Assembly (NCBI GenBank): GCA_964016885.1
Contig: OZ024743.1
Span: 239,196,001-239,260,000 of the forward strand
From: Eledone cirrhosa
Lineage: Eukaryota
Direction: 5' to 3'
DNA: 64,000 nucleotides
Positions 52,527-64,000 of the stretch are shown one piece after another; the stretch's first letter is position 1, and each line of letters begins with the position of its first letter. The notes under the pieces were generated by a model. The model ran no database searches. It saw nothing but the letters and a program-made list of their open reading frames with translations, and was not told the origin of the DNA. The position numbers and the translations under genes were made by a program.

Positions 52527-53823
52527 TCTATAGAAGGCAGATTGTTGTTGTTGTTGTGTGTGTGTGTGTGTGCATGTTCCATGTTTGTACATTTGCACAA
52601 TTTCCAACCGATTCGACTCAAAGTCTGTGTGAATGTTGTAAATGATCTAACTTAGTTCAACGACTATTTATTCTTTTCCAACTCACCCACAATTACGGAA
52701 ATAATCGATAAATCTAAATACATGACGCTTTACCCCTCTAATACAATATGATTACCTCTCTCTCTACTCCCGTTAAAATTCGATAAAACTACATACATGC
52801 TGCAACTTTCTCTTGTATACGCTTAAACCCCTTCCTTACAAACTTCCTTTAGCAACGCCGAAGAAAGAAGAGAGAAAGAAATGAAGGAGAGAGAGAGAGA
52901 GAGAAAGAGAGAGAAGAGAGTGAGAGAGAACGTTTGTTTTTGAGTGTGGAACGGTCAAACATTTATTTATTCAATGACAACGAAGAGAACTTATTACATT
53001 TCATACCAAACAACAATTATTCAAAAGCAAGATAAATTTATTCAACAACAACAAAAAATAACGATAAATCTTTTTCAAAACATCTCTCAATGAACGTGGA
53101 CGAAAGAAGGATTAGTTTATTTACTATACACAATAATTGTTTCTACTTTAGGCACAAGGCCAGCAATTACCCAGTGCATTACTGGTACTTTATTTTATCG
53201 ACCCCGTAAGGATGAAAGGCAAAGTCAACCTCGGCGGGATTTGAACTCAGAACGTAAAGGGACGTAAGTATGCTGGAAAGTCTGGCGTCCGACCCTCCAC
53301 CGATACTGCCAATCCACCGCCTTAATTTACTATACACAATAATATCCTCTATGAGGTCACTAAACCTGCTAGAAACAGCAGCTAACTCTCTCCCATATCA
53401 CACCCTCCCTACTGTCTTAAATTTAGAAAACACATATCCTCTATGAGGTCACTAAACTTGTTAGAGACAGCAGCTAACTCTCCCCCATATCACCCCCCCC
53501 CCCTACTGTCTTAAATTTAGAAAACACACATTAGACAACCATGCAGAACAACTCCATCGCAGATCTGTTGTTCGGCTGGCATCGTCTACGCGCGTGTTGC
53601 GCAAGTACTGTGAAACAATAAATGTCAACACTTCTTTGCACAGAGATAATATCCATAGGCGAAACTACAATTGTCACTGCTGGCGCAGTTCCTGCTTCGG
53701 CAGTCCAGGTCTGCAATTCATTCACCCAGTGCCTGGCACACAAAAAAGTGCTGCATAAAATGGGTGGTGCAACCTAACTTTGGTAACTTACTGAACCCGA
53801 GCAACGCCGGGCTTTAATGCTAG
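52527..53823 (+). mobile_element. Non-autonomous Helitron containing a SINE and a 2-copy tandem repeat
   Basis: Ends CCCGAGCAACGCCGGG...CTAG then T. Shares AAAATTCGATAAAACTA.ATACATGCT with the 4790-6258 element. An approximately 92-bp duplication lies at 53343-53530. The 5' boundary is approximate. Confidence 0.65.
53131..53322 (-). mobile_element. tRNA-derived SINE, apparently full length
   Basis: Very similar to 16672-16860 and flanked by the direct repeat ATTTACTATACACAATAAT (probable TSD, about 53119 and 53325). Confidence 0.85.
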
Positions 53824-55150
53824 TATACTATAAAGCTGACGGCCGTATGTAGGTAACAAATTTTCCCCCATCGGCTGGACCAAACAGCACCAAATTTGCA
53901 CCATGGATGTAACTTTTTAGAAGTAAAAACGTGAGGGTATTTTTGTTTACTGAATTTTGTTAAAAGATTAAAAACTTATTTAAATATTCAGTTCTTTATC
54001 ATTTCAAATGTCAACACTTCCGGTTATACGTCATTCCTCACTTTTTCTTATGGCGTCACGCAACATTCCCCTCTTTTTCTTAGTCTGTATGTCTGGCTAT
54101 CTGCATTAGATAACGTTTTTCGAAATATTTGCTTCTGCGTTCACAGACTGATTTTTTTTAGTTTCAGAAGATCCCGTTAAAGGTGAAAGCAGCAATTCTT
54201 TGCTTAAACTTAAATCTAATATTTTAATATATATATTCGTGTACAGATATTTTTGCATACACAAAAACAAAAACTTATTTATTTCACGAAAGCACAGACG
54301 GCTTATCGTCATTGTTACTGTTCGAGGTTAGAGGACCACAGTCTGTCCAAGATCTGAGAACCATCAATGGTCATCGATGTTCCACCTACCGTTTGGCTTG
54401 CTAGATGCGTGGTATGTTACACGATGACAGCCATTGGCACCCCACCTTGCAAGAAGCAGCAACTGCTAAAGTCCCTTCTCAGCTGCGAAAACCGTTTGTT
54501 ATTATGCTGCACAACTGCGATCTCGCTGAAACTTCTCGCACTGTGGAACAACCACCGCGAAAGTCTAGCTGAGGATATCCACCACCACACACACAGACAC
54601 AATCCGAACGTAACATACGATGTCGTTTTCAATGAGGCGCTCATTTGGCTTGAAAAGAATGTCCTGGAGATCGATGGTAGGCCTCTAAGTCACTACAGCT
54701 TACCTGCTCCTGACAGAAGTGTCCAGAGGTCAACGTCTACAGAGCTTCTTGATTCTCCCATGGTCAATTGTATGTAGGATGCTCTAGGGTGAGCTCGCCA
54801 AACAATCTCTTCATTTTTGCTCCGGAGGGCCGAACAAAAAATATTGTATACTCTGAGGCTCTAACAATGTAATTTAAATATTTTCTGTTACTTGGAATTT
54901 CCATTATGGTTGTACAAATTATTGTTTCTAAAAAATGTGTTCTCTGTTCAGCCTTTATTGTTGTAACTATCAATTTTCTTTAACGTACTGGCTGCTGAAC
55001 TGAGGAATCCTAAAAACTATTCAAACCCAACATCAGAGCACGTTAACCGCCCAACCCTCGTTGACTTGAGAGGGCGTGCGGTATCTTTGCACTAGAGTGT
55101 AGGGGGCGGGGGGAATTCCTGAAAAAATAAAATGCCGGATGGGCCAACTA

Positions 55151-55151
<1 letters not shown>
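53824..55151 (+). mobile_element. Internally deleted Helitron with Rep/helicase remnants
   Basis: VRGPQSVQDLRTING, LWNNHRESLAEDI, LSHYSLPAP and SHGQLYVGCSRV...TKNIVYSEAL; ends GCCGGATGGGC-CAA-CTAG then T. Confidence 0.8.
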
Positions 55152-55190
<39 letters not shown>

Positions 55191-55611
55191 CGAACTACCA
55201 TAGTTGCGAAGTGAACCCATTAGCCAACCAGTCATGTGCGTGTGTCTTTGTGAACCTGTATACACATTTGTATATGTGTCTGTGATTTTCCCTATGCTGC
55301 TGTGTAGACTTAGTGGGTATAGAAAGTATTTATATTCATAAAGTACAATCACACGTGCACACTCATATACACGCACACGCACTCTTTCATACATCCCTAC
55401 ACAATGATTACAAACCTGTTCAAGTAGAACTGTCTGTATTTTCGTATGTGTGTGCCTTTATAAATGCGTGTAGTTTTCTATATATGACAATTTCGGTAGT
55501 ATGTGTCTATATAAATATGTATATTTTTCTATATAATAATGTTTGGGTAGTATTGAGGTGTCACTGTCTGGCAATCTCTTATGGGATTGCACGTCACTTC
55601 TGCTCACACAA

Positions 55612-55670
<59 letters not shown>

Positions 55671-55882
55671 TTCCACTCCATCTCTCTCTTTCCACCTTTT
55701 CTCTCATCCACTCATAAATTCCCCCCACCCCCTCTCTCTATCTATCTGTTTATCTATCTATCTATCTATCTACTTACCTATCTATCCATTTATTTATATT
55801 ATTTTCTCAAATGACTTCCTGTTTCTCTGTAATATATATATATGGATACATATGGTTATTATTTTGTCATTGCTTAGTATAC

Positions 55883-56030
55883 CTGGCGCAGGTGATGTTG
55901 CACCTTTGATTTTCCAAATTAGCGAAACAGGTGAAACTGTGAAGGTCAGTTGCTCTAAAAGAACAAATGTAAAGAAGATTGCAAAAGTAATTTGCAGCAA
56001 AAGATCACGCCGTGCCTTCACCGGAGGCAG
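55883..56030 (-). other. Possible isolated host exon with a hydrophobic segment
   Basis: TTGTATTACAG acceptor and CAG|GTATAC donor. Only one frame is open: LPPVKARRDLLLQITFAIFFTFVLLEQLTFTVSPVSLIWKIKGATSPAP. Confidence 0.25.
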
Positions 56031-56406
56031 CTGTAATACAATTTAGCCATTTTCTTTTTTAGAGTAAATAATATCACTGCTTCGATTGTTGAATACATTT
56101 GTATAATCCACTAACATTTTATACTAGTACATATGACCTGCATTACAATGCTTGTCATTCGTTTAGAAAAATATTACACATATTTTTATTATTTTATAAG
56201 GATATTCAAATATTTATAACTTCCAAACTTGACTAGGAGTTCATAGTTAAGTAAAAAACAATAATGTGCTCGTAATTCCCGATGGAGTCCCAATGACTCT
56301 GTCCTGACACATGTGTCATGGGCGTTTTATACCTAGCTGATCTCATCTCTCATGAAGAGGAACTGAATATAGCTTCAAAAGAAAGAAAGAAAGAAAGAGT
56401 GAGTGG

Positions 56407-56437
<31 letters not shown>

Positions 56438-58447
56438 TCATGTAGTCTGAATATGTTGAGAAAGAGACTATCTCTACAATTTCAAGAATGAAACTCATTT
56501 TGGGTAGATTCAGCTATAGACAAGAAACATGGGAGATAATTCACATAGCCTCGGTGGGTCCAACTTTTTTTTAACAAATGAAGAAAATGCAGTAGAATTG
56601 AACCTTATTTATAAGCCAGCTTGGCAAAAAAAGGAACATGTTTGTAACTTATTACTCTCGTGTCTCAAATAATGCATTACGACGTCTATTAATTCTTCAG
56701 ATTTCCTCCCCCCCCCTCTTTATCCACACCCGCTCATTAAATTTTGCAAATCTATATCCGGTGAAATTTTAAGTGGTAGAATTCCTGTGACAATTTTCTT
56801 TTGACATTATAAAACATCATACATGACCAAAACAGCACATTACGAGAAATCCCATACGTTATAAAATAAATAGAATGGGGTCTCAATATGCAAACTGAAT
56901 GACAAATACTGTTTTTTTTTAAAATCAACTGAGACAACCTAGAAAACTGATCTATCCCCCTCCCGCTATTCTAACCCCCCCCCCCCCCATTATTTGGTAC
57001 CCCAGAGAAGATCTTCTTTGCAAACTGTATACACTAAAAAGATGGCTAGACTAGGAATAGGCATATAGATATCGGAAATGCGGAATATTCTTTTCGTGGA
57101 TTTTCACCTTGCATTTTGTTGGAACACATAATGAAAGCATTATTTCGCAGGCGGAATCATTCGGTATTTTAATCCTTCAGGTGCCAGAACTAGAACAATT
57201 CTTATCCCTGTCCTGTTTGACGACTCTAGAAACAAAAGAACAATAACCCGAACAATAGATGGGCCTTGTTGGTCTAGACACCTCACAAGTCTCCAGGAGC
57301 TCGTAAATGCCAGCTTGGTTCCGTGGGAGACGGCACATATTCTAGCAACACACATATAGACACACACACAGACACGCACACACATAAAGACACATATACA
57401 TAGACATACTTGCACGTGTGTGTATGTGTATGTGTGTGTGGGTGTGTGTGGCGGGTGAATTGTAGTGAGTGCGGCACTAATCAACATCGAGCAAACTTGT
57501 TTACCAGTCAACTAAGATATGTAGAATACAACTCTAACACAAGTATAGAGTCAACATATTAGTATATGTTTCTCATGTTTATACCTATGAAAAGATGCGG
57601 TGTATTAACAGTGTCAGTAGAGTATCAGGCAACATGCTTTGTGGCATGGAGTTGCGGCCTTTCACGACTGAGTTCATCTTTTATTTAAATTATATATTCT
57701 GATGAAAGACTAGTGTCCAAAACATACAGTCACTTTTCCTACTATATCAAGGGTTAAACTAATATAGTTCTTTATTGTACTGTGTTGTTTCCATTTAATT
57801 CTTGCATACACACACACATACACACACGCACAAACACTCATATATATGTATACATCATTTGATTATTCGTTCATTCGAAGATGCAGTGTTCAGCGTAAAT
57901 CAACCACATGAAGCTGTCGGGTATCTGGTAATAATCTGGTTTAACACATTATACATATTCAAATTTGCCCCCATGCATTCACATATATATTTATTGACAT
58001 ACACACTTATCCCCCCCCCCCCACGCACACACACTAACATATAAATATTGCCCAACCCAAACACATTCACACACATATATAAACACATTCACAACTATAT
58101 ACATATACCTCCCTCCATACACACATTTAGATACATGTATATGTTACATCTGTGTAATTCTGTATTTTCGTAAATATTTGTTGAAATTTCCATTATATTC
58201 TTCAGTGAATACTTTTAGAAAAGTTTTTTTCATTTTTCTGATTTTAGATTTGGATGTCATTACCATGTTTATATATGTAAATATTCATTGAAAGTTTTAG
58301 CTGTTTTCTATTTAGGACTTTTGATATATTTATTCAAATATGTTTTCATTACATCCATTACATCGAGATTTTTCTCTCATTTTATTTAAATGTGCTTTCA
58401 ATGAAACTTTTTCAAAAAATTTTAATACATACTTTTCTTACACATAT

Positions 58448-58576
<129 letters not shown>

Positions 58577-59219
58577 AATATGCAGATGCACGCATATACA
58601 CGTGTATATATGCACACACACACCAACATGCACGCACACACACACACACGCACACACACACAGACACACACAGACACACAGAGACACACACATACACATA
58701 CTGGATTTTCGTTTACTTCAATATCTTTCTATTATGAAGTTTTACATTTTACGATAGTATTCAAATTTAGATTTTTATTTACTTTCATAAATTTTATTTG
58801 ATTATAATTTTGTATATATTTATTATAAAGTTATTTTTTATATTTGCTGTTTTTGTTAAACAAGCAAACTAACCAGCCAGCCAGCCAAATTGTGAGCCGT
58901 TTAACTAGCCTGTCACTTCACAAGCCAACCAGTCATATACCACTCAGTCAGCCAACAAATCATTTGCAAGCGCTGCAAAAAGAATTTAGAAAATAGACCA
59001 TACAGTGATGCCATGGTAGAAAAGCCATGATCATAATTTAAAAGAACAGCAACAGAGTCAACTACCGAATCAGCATTCAAAAACATTTGGATGTCTCTAA
59101 TAGCAGAAACCACACAACTCCAGGGGAAAGATATGCTACGGTTGAAGAGAGATCTCCCACAGTGGAGGATGGAAAATTACACAGCCTCGCAACATTAAGA
59201 AGCGAAGAATTGATCTTCG

Positions 59220-60466
59220 TGCCCTCACACTGCGGTAAAAGTTTGCCGAAAGTCAGGGTATTGCAAACCTAACACGAGGTAACGAGCAGGATGGCCACTC
59301 TCACCCAGTAATGGGTCGAGAGGAAGCTATCCCTGAAATCTCGAGTAGCAGTAGCGTTATCTGTTATCGTCTGACTTCCGAACCTTACCCTGGTCAACAT
59401 GTGACGGCACTGGAGTGTCTGATCTGTTGCCGTTTTGTGGAGGGAACCGCGTGTCAAGTGAAGGAGGGCATGCTGTGGCTGATGATGCACAAACATGCAC
59501 CGACGCTACGGTATCTTCTGCTTTTTTTGACGAGAAATAAGTGTCATTGCCGTTTGCTAGATGAGTATTTTTCCCGCTCATCTCCTTGAGATGTAGTCCT
59601 GTGTCAAGTGAAAACGCAACAGGTGTGCTTGAAAACTAGAATATCTTCAAGCACATACAGCCCTCGGTCAATTGGGCACGGCAATCAACGGAGACTCCAC
59701 CTTGGCGTTCTATAGAGAGTGGTGAGTAAAAGTGGCGACATTCTCGGGGAGACTTGGCGTTGGTGAAAATGAACCAGCCATTATTTTCCAGAGGTCTTAC
59801 TTTTCAAGGTCAATGGATAACTTGGAGAAATATCTGACATAGCAGTGCTGCCGGGGAGCATTGCCAGTTCGAGATAAACTCTATAGGTATAGAAATGTCG
59901 TCAGCCAGACTTGCTCGAGATGCACGCATGGTGACGAAACCATCATTCCTGCACACGTTGCGTGTCCGATCATTGCTGACTTGGGAGTCTATCTTAAATC
60001 CCTACTTTCACGTGTAGGATTGACCTGACTATTAACTGCGTCCATCGTGAATATTGTCCCACACTCTTCATTAAGCCGGCTGTTTTTATCTTCCTGGTGG
60101 CCATAGCGTAATAGGTCGGGTTACGAATGCTCTTTGGTTAAGCTCTGTTTAACAATTTCAAACTTCACCTGAAGATGAAAATCAGATTGGGAAGGGATGT
60201 AGATGAGAGTGGCAAGCATGGTTCGAATGAACGGATCTGTTCTGAGTATGTTCCTGTAGATCATAGGAGAACGATTAGAAGGGGGCACTTGGCCTAGTGG
60301 CCAGAGTGACCGTGGCTTTTAGTGGTTTTTAACTGAATGAGTTCTCATGTGTAGTTTTTTTTTGTTAAGCATTTTACATGCGAAAACGAACATTGTATAA
60401 CCCTGTACCATCTCTTGACATCTTTAATGTTTCCTTGGTGTAAGCCCTGTGTGGCCAATAAAGAAA
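59220..60466 (+). mobile_element. Degraded 3' part of a Tx1-clade LINE
   Basis: RKLSLKSR, SVICYRLT and MLWLMMHKHA.TLR parallel RKLSLKGR, SVICYRLT and MPWLMMGRHALRLR at 35080-35340. Ends near AATAAAG. Confidence 0.75.
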
Positions 60467-60831
60467 TCGTTAGTATCTTATATTGTTTTTTCTTCTACAC
60501 ATCAAGGAGTGTACCTTGGGATTACTGTAGGTTCACCCGGGTGAGCACTCGATGTTTATGTTCCCTTCAGTGTCGAGGTGTAGAGCTGATACAGAGTGTT
60601 TTATAGTGAAATAAGATAACAAGGACGATTGGTTACTCCTTCATTACACTTATTGGTTGGTGACGCGCGTTTCGCCACTGACCAGCTCATTACAAGGGGT
60701 CTGACGAGCCGCGGATTACAGAGTCCGGTAAGATCGATACAGATCAAACCTTGAACTGGTCAGTGGTGAAACGCGCGTCACCAACAAATAAACGTAATGA
60801 AGGAGTAACCAATCGTCCTTGTTATCTTATT

Positions 60832-60837
<6 letters not shown>
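60467..60837. mobile_element. HHR foldback insertion
   Basis: About 60602-60689 is inverted at about 60752-60839. The HHR at 60698-60782 reads GGT-CTGACGA-GCCGC...GTGGT-GAAAC-GCGC-GTC^-ACC. Confidence 0.82.
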
Positions 60838-60915
<78 letters not shown>

Positions 60916-61082
60916 AAATACACTATATATACATTCATATATATATCGCTATTTCAGAGAACCAATTCTAATTTTCAATTTCTGCTTGCCCGGCAACCGC
61001 TCTGTATAATCAGTTTCTGATTATTACTAGAATTCTATAAGAATCAAACATTCATGATTCTCAGCAAACAGGTGGAGTACTT

Positions 61083-61127
61083 AGCTTTGATAAGTACCAA
61101 AAAGTACGAAACAGAGCTCTGTCAGCT
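61083..61127 (+). ncRNA. Compact hammerhead ribozyme, U3-A8 core variant, within an approximately 315-bp direct-repeat-bounded unit (60919-61261)
   Basis: AGCT-TTGATAA-GTAC-CAAAAA-GTAC-GAAAC-AGAGCTCT-GTC^-AGCT. TACACTATATATACATTCATATATATAT occurs at 60919 and 61234. Confidence 0.75.
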
Positions 61128-61290
61128 TTATCTCCTCTGTTTGCTGAAAATTTAAGTGAGACTGTCACTACTCTAAAACAATAACGTAAGGTCTTCGAAA
61201 TGCTTTTAATTAAGCATACAGTGTATTGAAAAGTACACTATATATACATTCATATATATATATACACACACACATATATATATATATATA

Positions 61291-61563
61291 CTAGAAAGTG
61301 AGGTTTTTTTACAAAATGAAAAATAACCGCGGTGTCCTATACGAGTGAAAGTATAATGAAAAAAGATGAAATCGAAAATGCAACTGCAGTCTTATTTTTT
61401 TTTAAATATATATATATTTATTTGGTTCCTTTACCGGTTTCGCAGTTCTTCTGCTTTTCAAAAGTAGAAGAACTGCGAAACCGGTAAAGGAACCAAATCA
61501 ATATATATATATTTTTTAAAATAAGACTCCAGTTGCATTTTCGATTTCATCTTTTTTTCTTTA
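61291..61563. mobile_element. Near spacer-less foldback with hammerhead 3' half
   Basis: About 61353-61458 is inverted at about 61460-61563 and contains GC-GAAAC-CG-GTA. The left tail extends to 61291, with (TA)n flanks. Confidence 0.8.
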
Positions 61564-62031
61564 TATATATATATATGTATATATATACGTATTATATTGT
61601 TATGCTAGCGTGATTATTCATCTGTTATGCGAGCGTGATTATTCCAGTTTCATTTCTTTTAAATATATTTCATTTGAAATGTAATTGAAAATAAAATTAC
61701 CTAAAAGAAATAGAACTAAATTCTATTCAATTGAAGAAGAATATATCTTTTTATTTAGTTTTTTCGTTTATGGATGTTCATTTTGTTTGTCTTCCTATTC
61801 TTTATCAACGTTCACAACTCTGCTAGTTGACGTTTCATACATACATATATTCATACATACATACATACATACATACATACATACATACATACATACATAC
61901 ATACATACATACATACATACATACATACGCACACACGCACATTATTAAATCAATACTCGGTGACGCAAGCACAAAGGTATGTTCGGTCATATATCTATAT
62001 ATATGAGTGCATGTGTGTGTATGTATATATC

Positions 62032-62096
<65 letters not shown>

Positions 62097-63001
62097 ATAT
62101 ATATGGATATACATATAATATACATGTGGAACATTGCGAGTATTAGAAAATTGAAGATGTAGTTAATGTAGATTTATCTATAGATGTTTTAATTAAAAGC
62201 TTTGCTGCCAACAGAAAGAACATAAAGTATACTACCCTGAAGTGCATGAGGGATATCTTTATTCGTTTCAGAGACTGTTATCTCCTCATCATAGGATAAC
62301 TACAATGATTGTACATCCTGATGGATCTTTATAACTGAAATATAACTGAAACATAACTGAAATTGTATGCCTAATTTGTCTTGCGTGCATTCGTTTAGCA
62401 AATTTATAATTAGATATGTATAATTATGTTGATGAATAACCATACGTTTAGGTCTATTCTGATGAGAAGATAATAAACATGAAATGAAACGATAAGTGCA
62501 TTTTCCTCAAATCAAAGTTTTAATTTTAAAAGAATAATTGTAGATATATATGTACATATTATCTATCTTAAATCTTTTAATAGACATTTTGTTCTGTATT
62601 CATATTTCTTATTCAATTGATTACGTGGCATTTCAGCTCTATTCATTAATGTTAAAGTTTACAGTGGATTACCCTTTAATATATATATATATATATATAT
62701 ATTGTCGTTTTGGAAGCCTCAACAATGCAGATGGGTAAATCTCCGGGTAACAGAATCCGGTGGTGATGAGAGAGATGTAAGGGAATGTAGAATGAGATGT
62801 ATAGTGTGTACAGGAACGTAGGAAAGAGCGTAAAAAATAAAAATAACACGAGATAGAGTTACCTTGGGAGAGATTTAATTGTTCCTATATTTCGGATTCG
62901 CATCCATCAACTGGGGGGATTCCGGGGGGGGGGGAGTTATCCGTCGGAGAGGAGCGGTACGTGGACTCTATCATCTGCTGTATATATATATACATATCTA
63001 T

Positions 63002-63043
<42 letters not shown>

Positions 63044-63169
63044 CGTATCGAGAGAGAAAAAAGAAGGGATAGGTGATACATGTAGTTATTTGCCAAATAG
63101 CGTATGCAGAAGGTGCTCAATACTAGTGCCGGCAGTGTTACATATTAGAAGTGTTAATATTTAGTGGGC

Positions 63170-63639
63170 GAGAGAATTAGCAGAGCGTAAGCACGTGGAA
63201 AAGTAAGAAATAGGAGAACAGAGCGTTAATACATGTTTATTTAAAACACCACCTACGTACGTTTCGCCCGGATGGGCTTCTCAAGGGCATAAATAACTAA
63301 AAGTGTTCCTTACATTGCCCGAAAAGTGTTTTTGGAGGTAAGTTCACGTCAGAGTGCATTCTTCGCAAAAAGAGCGTGTTTTGATTTTGCAGTAGGTCAA
63401 CCTTCCTTGATTTTGCCGTAGGTCAAGGGAGGTTGACCTACTGCAAAATCAAAACAGGCTCTTTTTGCGAAGAATGCACTCTGACGTGAACTTACCTCCA
63501 AAAACACTTTTCGGGCAATGTAAGGAACACTTTTAGTTATTTATGCCCTTGAGAAGCCCATCAGGGCGAAACGTACGTAGGTGCTGTTTTAAATAAACAT
63601 GTATTAACGCTCTGTTCTCCTATTTCTTACTTTTCCACG

Positions 63640-63640
<1 letters not shown>
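63170..63640. mobile_element. HHR foldback insertion (family of 13552-14700)
   Basis: About 63193-63402 is inverted at about 63431-63640. The HHR reads CC-TTGAGAA-GCCC-ATCA-GGGC-GAAAC-GTAC-GTA^-GG at about 63545-63584. Confidence 0.88.
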
Positions 63641-63676
<36 letters not shown>

Positions 63677-63857
63677 TTTATATATGTACAATTCTGTAGC
63701 TAAGCATTTCATTTCACAACCTTGTTCTCGATACATCAGCCCCACTGCTTGTGTGCGTTTTAGTCAACTATAAACTCGGACTGAATTGAGTGAAACTCTA
63801 TATGCGGAAACTGTACAGAAGCCCGTTGTATGTATCCACACACATACACAAGTACAC

Positions 63858-63928
<71 letters not shown>

Positions 63929-64000
63929 CATATGCGTGTATTTATGTAATATGTAATTATTAGTGTGTGTGTCAGCTATTATATATATTTATATATATAT

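Noticed and set aside
57695-57735. Hammerhead-like CTGATGA...AAAAC-ATACA-GTC, and similar partial motifs near 62260-62295 and 62459
   Set aside because: GAAA and/or stem I are broken; too degenerate to call.

Overview
This is AT-rich, microsatellite-dense eukaryotic DNA, probably an intron or intergenic region of a cephalopod/mollusc (inferred from the SINE type and repeat content). Almost all of it is mobile-element derived, and no host gene can be called with confidence. The centrepiece is a very young 15.5-kb Penelope-like retroelement (PLE) insertion at 16972-32455. It has an intact RT + C-terminal GIY-YIG ORF, about 1.9 seamless tandem units (period about 6.19 kb) and an inverted 3.5-kb arm. 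Reading both strands by eye shows about 17 sequence-distinct type-I hammerhead ribozyme (HHR) motifs of the form stemI-CUGANGA-stemII-GAAA-palindromic stemIII-NUH, all in elements next to (TA)n tracts. About 12 of these insertions are head-to-head foldbacks with a recurring geometry: one arm usually stops about 40-80 nt past the ribozyme cut site and the other about 100-200 nt past it. Several have templated inserts at the apex. Some ribozymes have a very long stem II or a U3-A8 covariant core. Also present: a Tx1-clade LINE and a Dong/R4-type element head-to-head at one (TAA)n tract, several Helitrons, tRNA-derived SINEs, a TIR element and two HDV-like ribozyme candidates. All RNA structures were read manually and are untested; boundaries are approximate.
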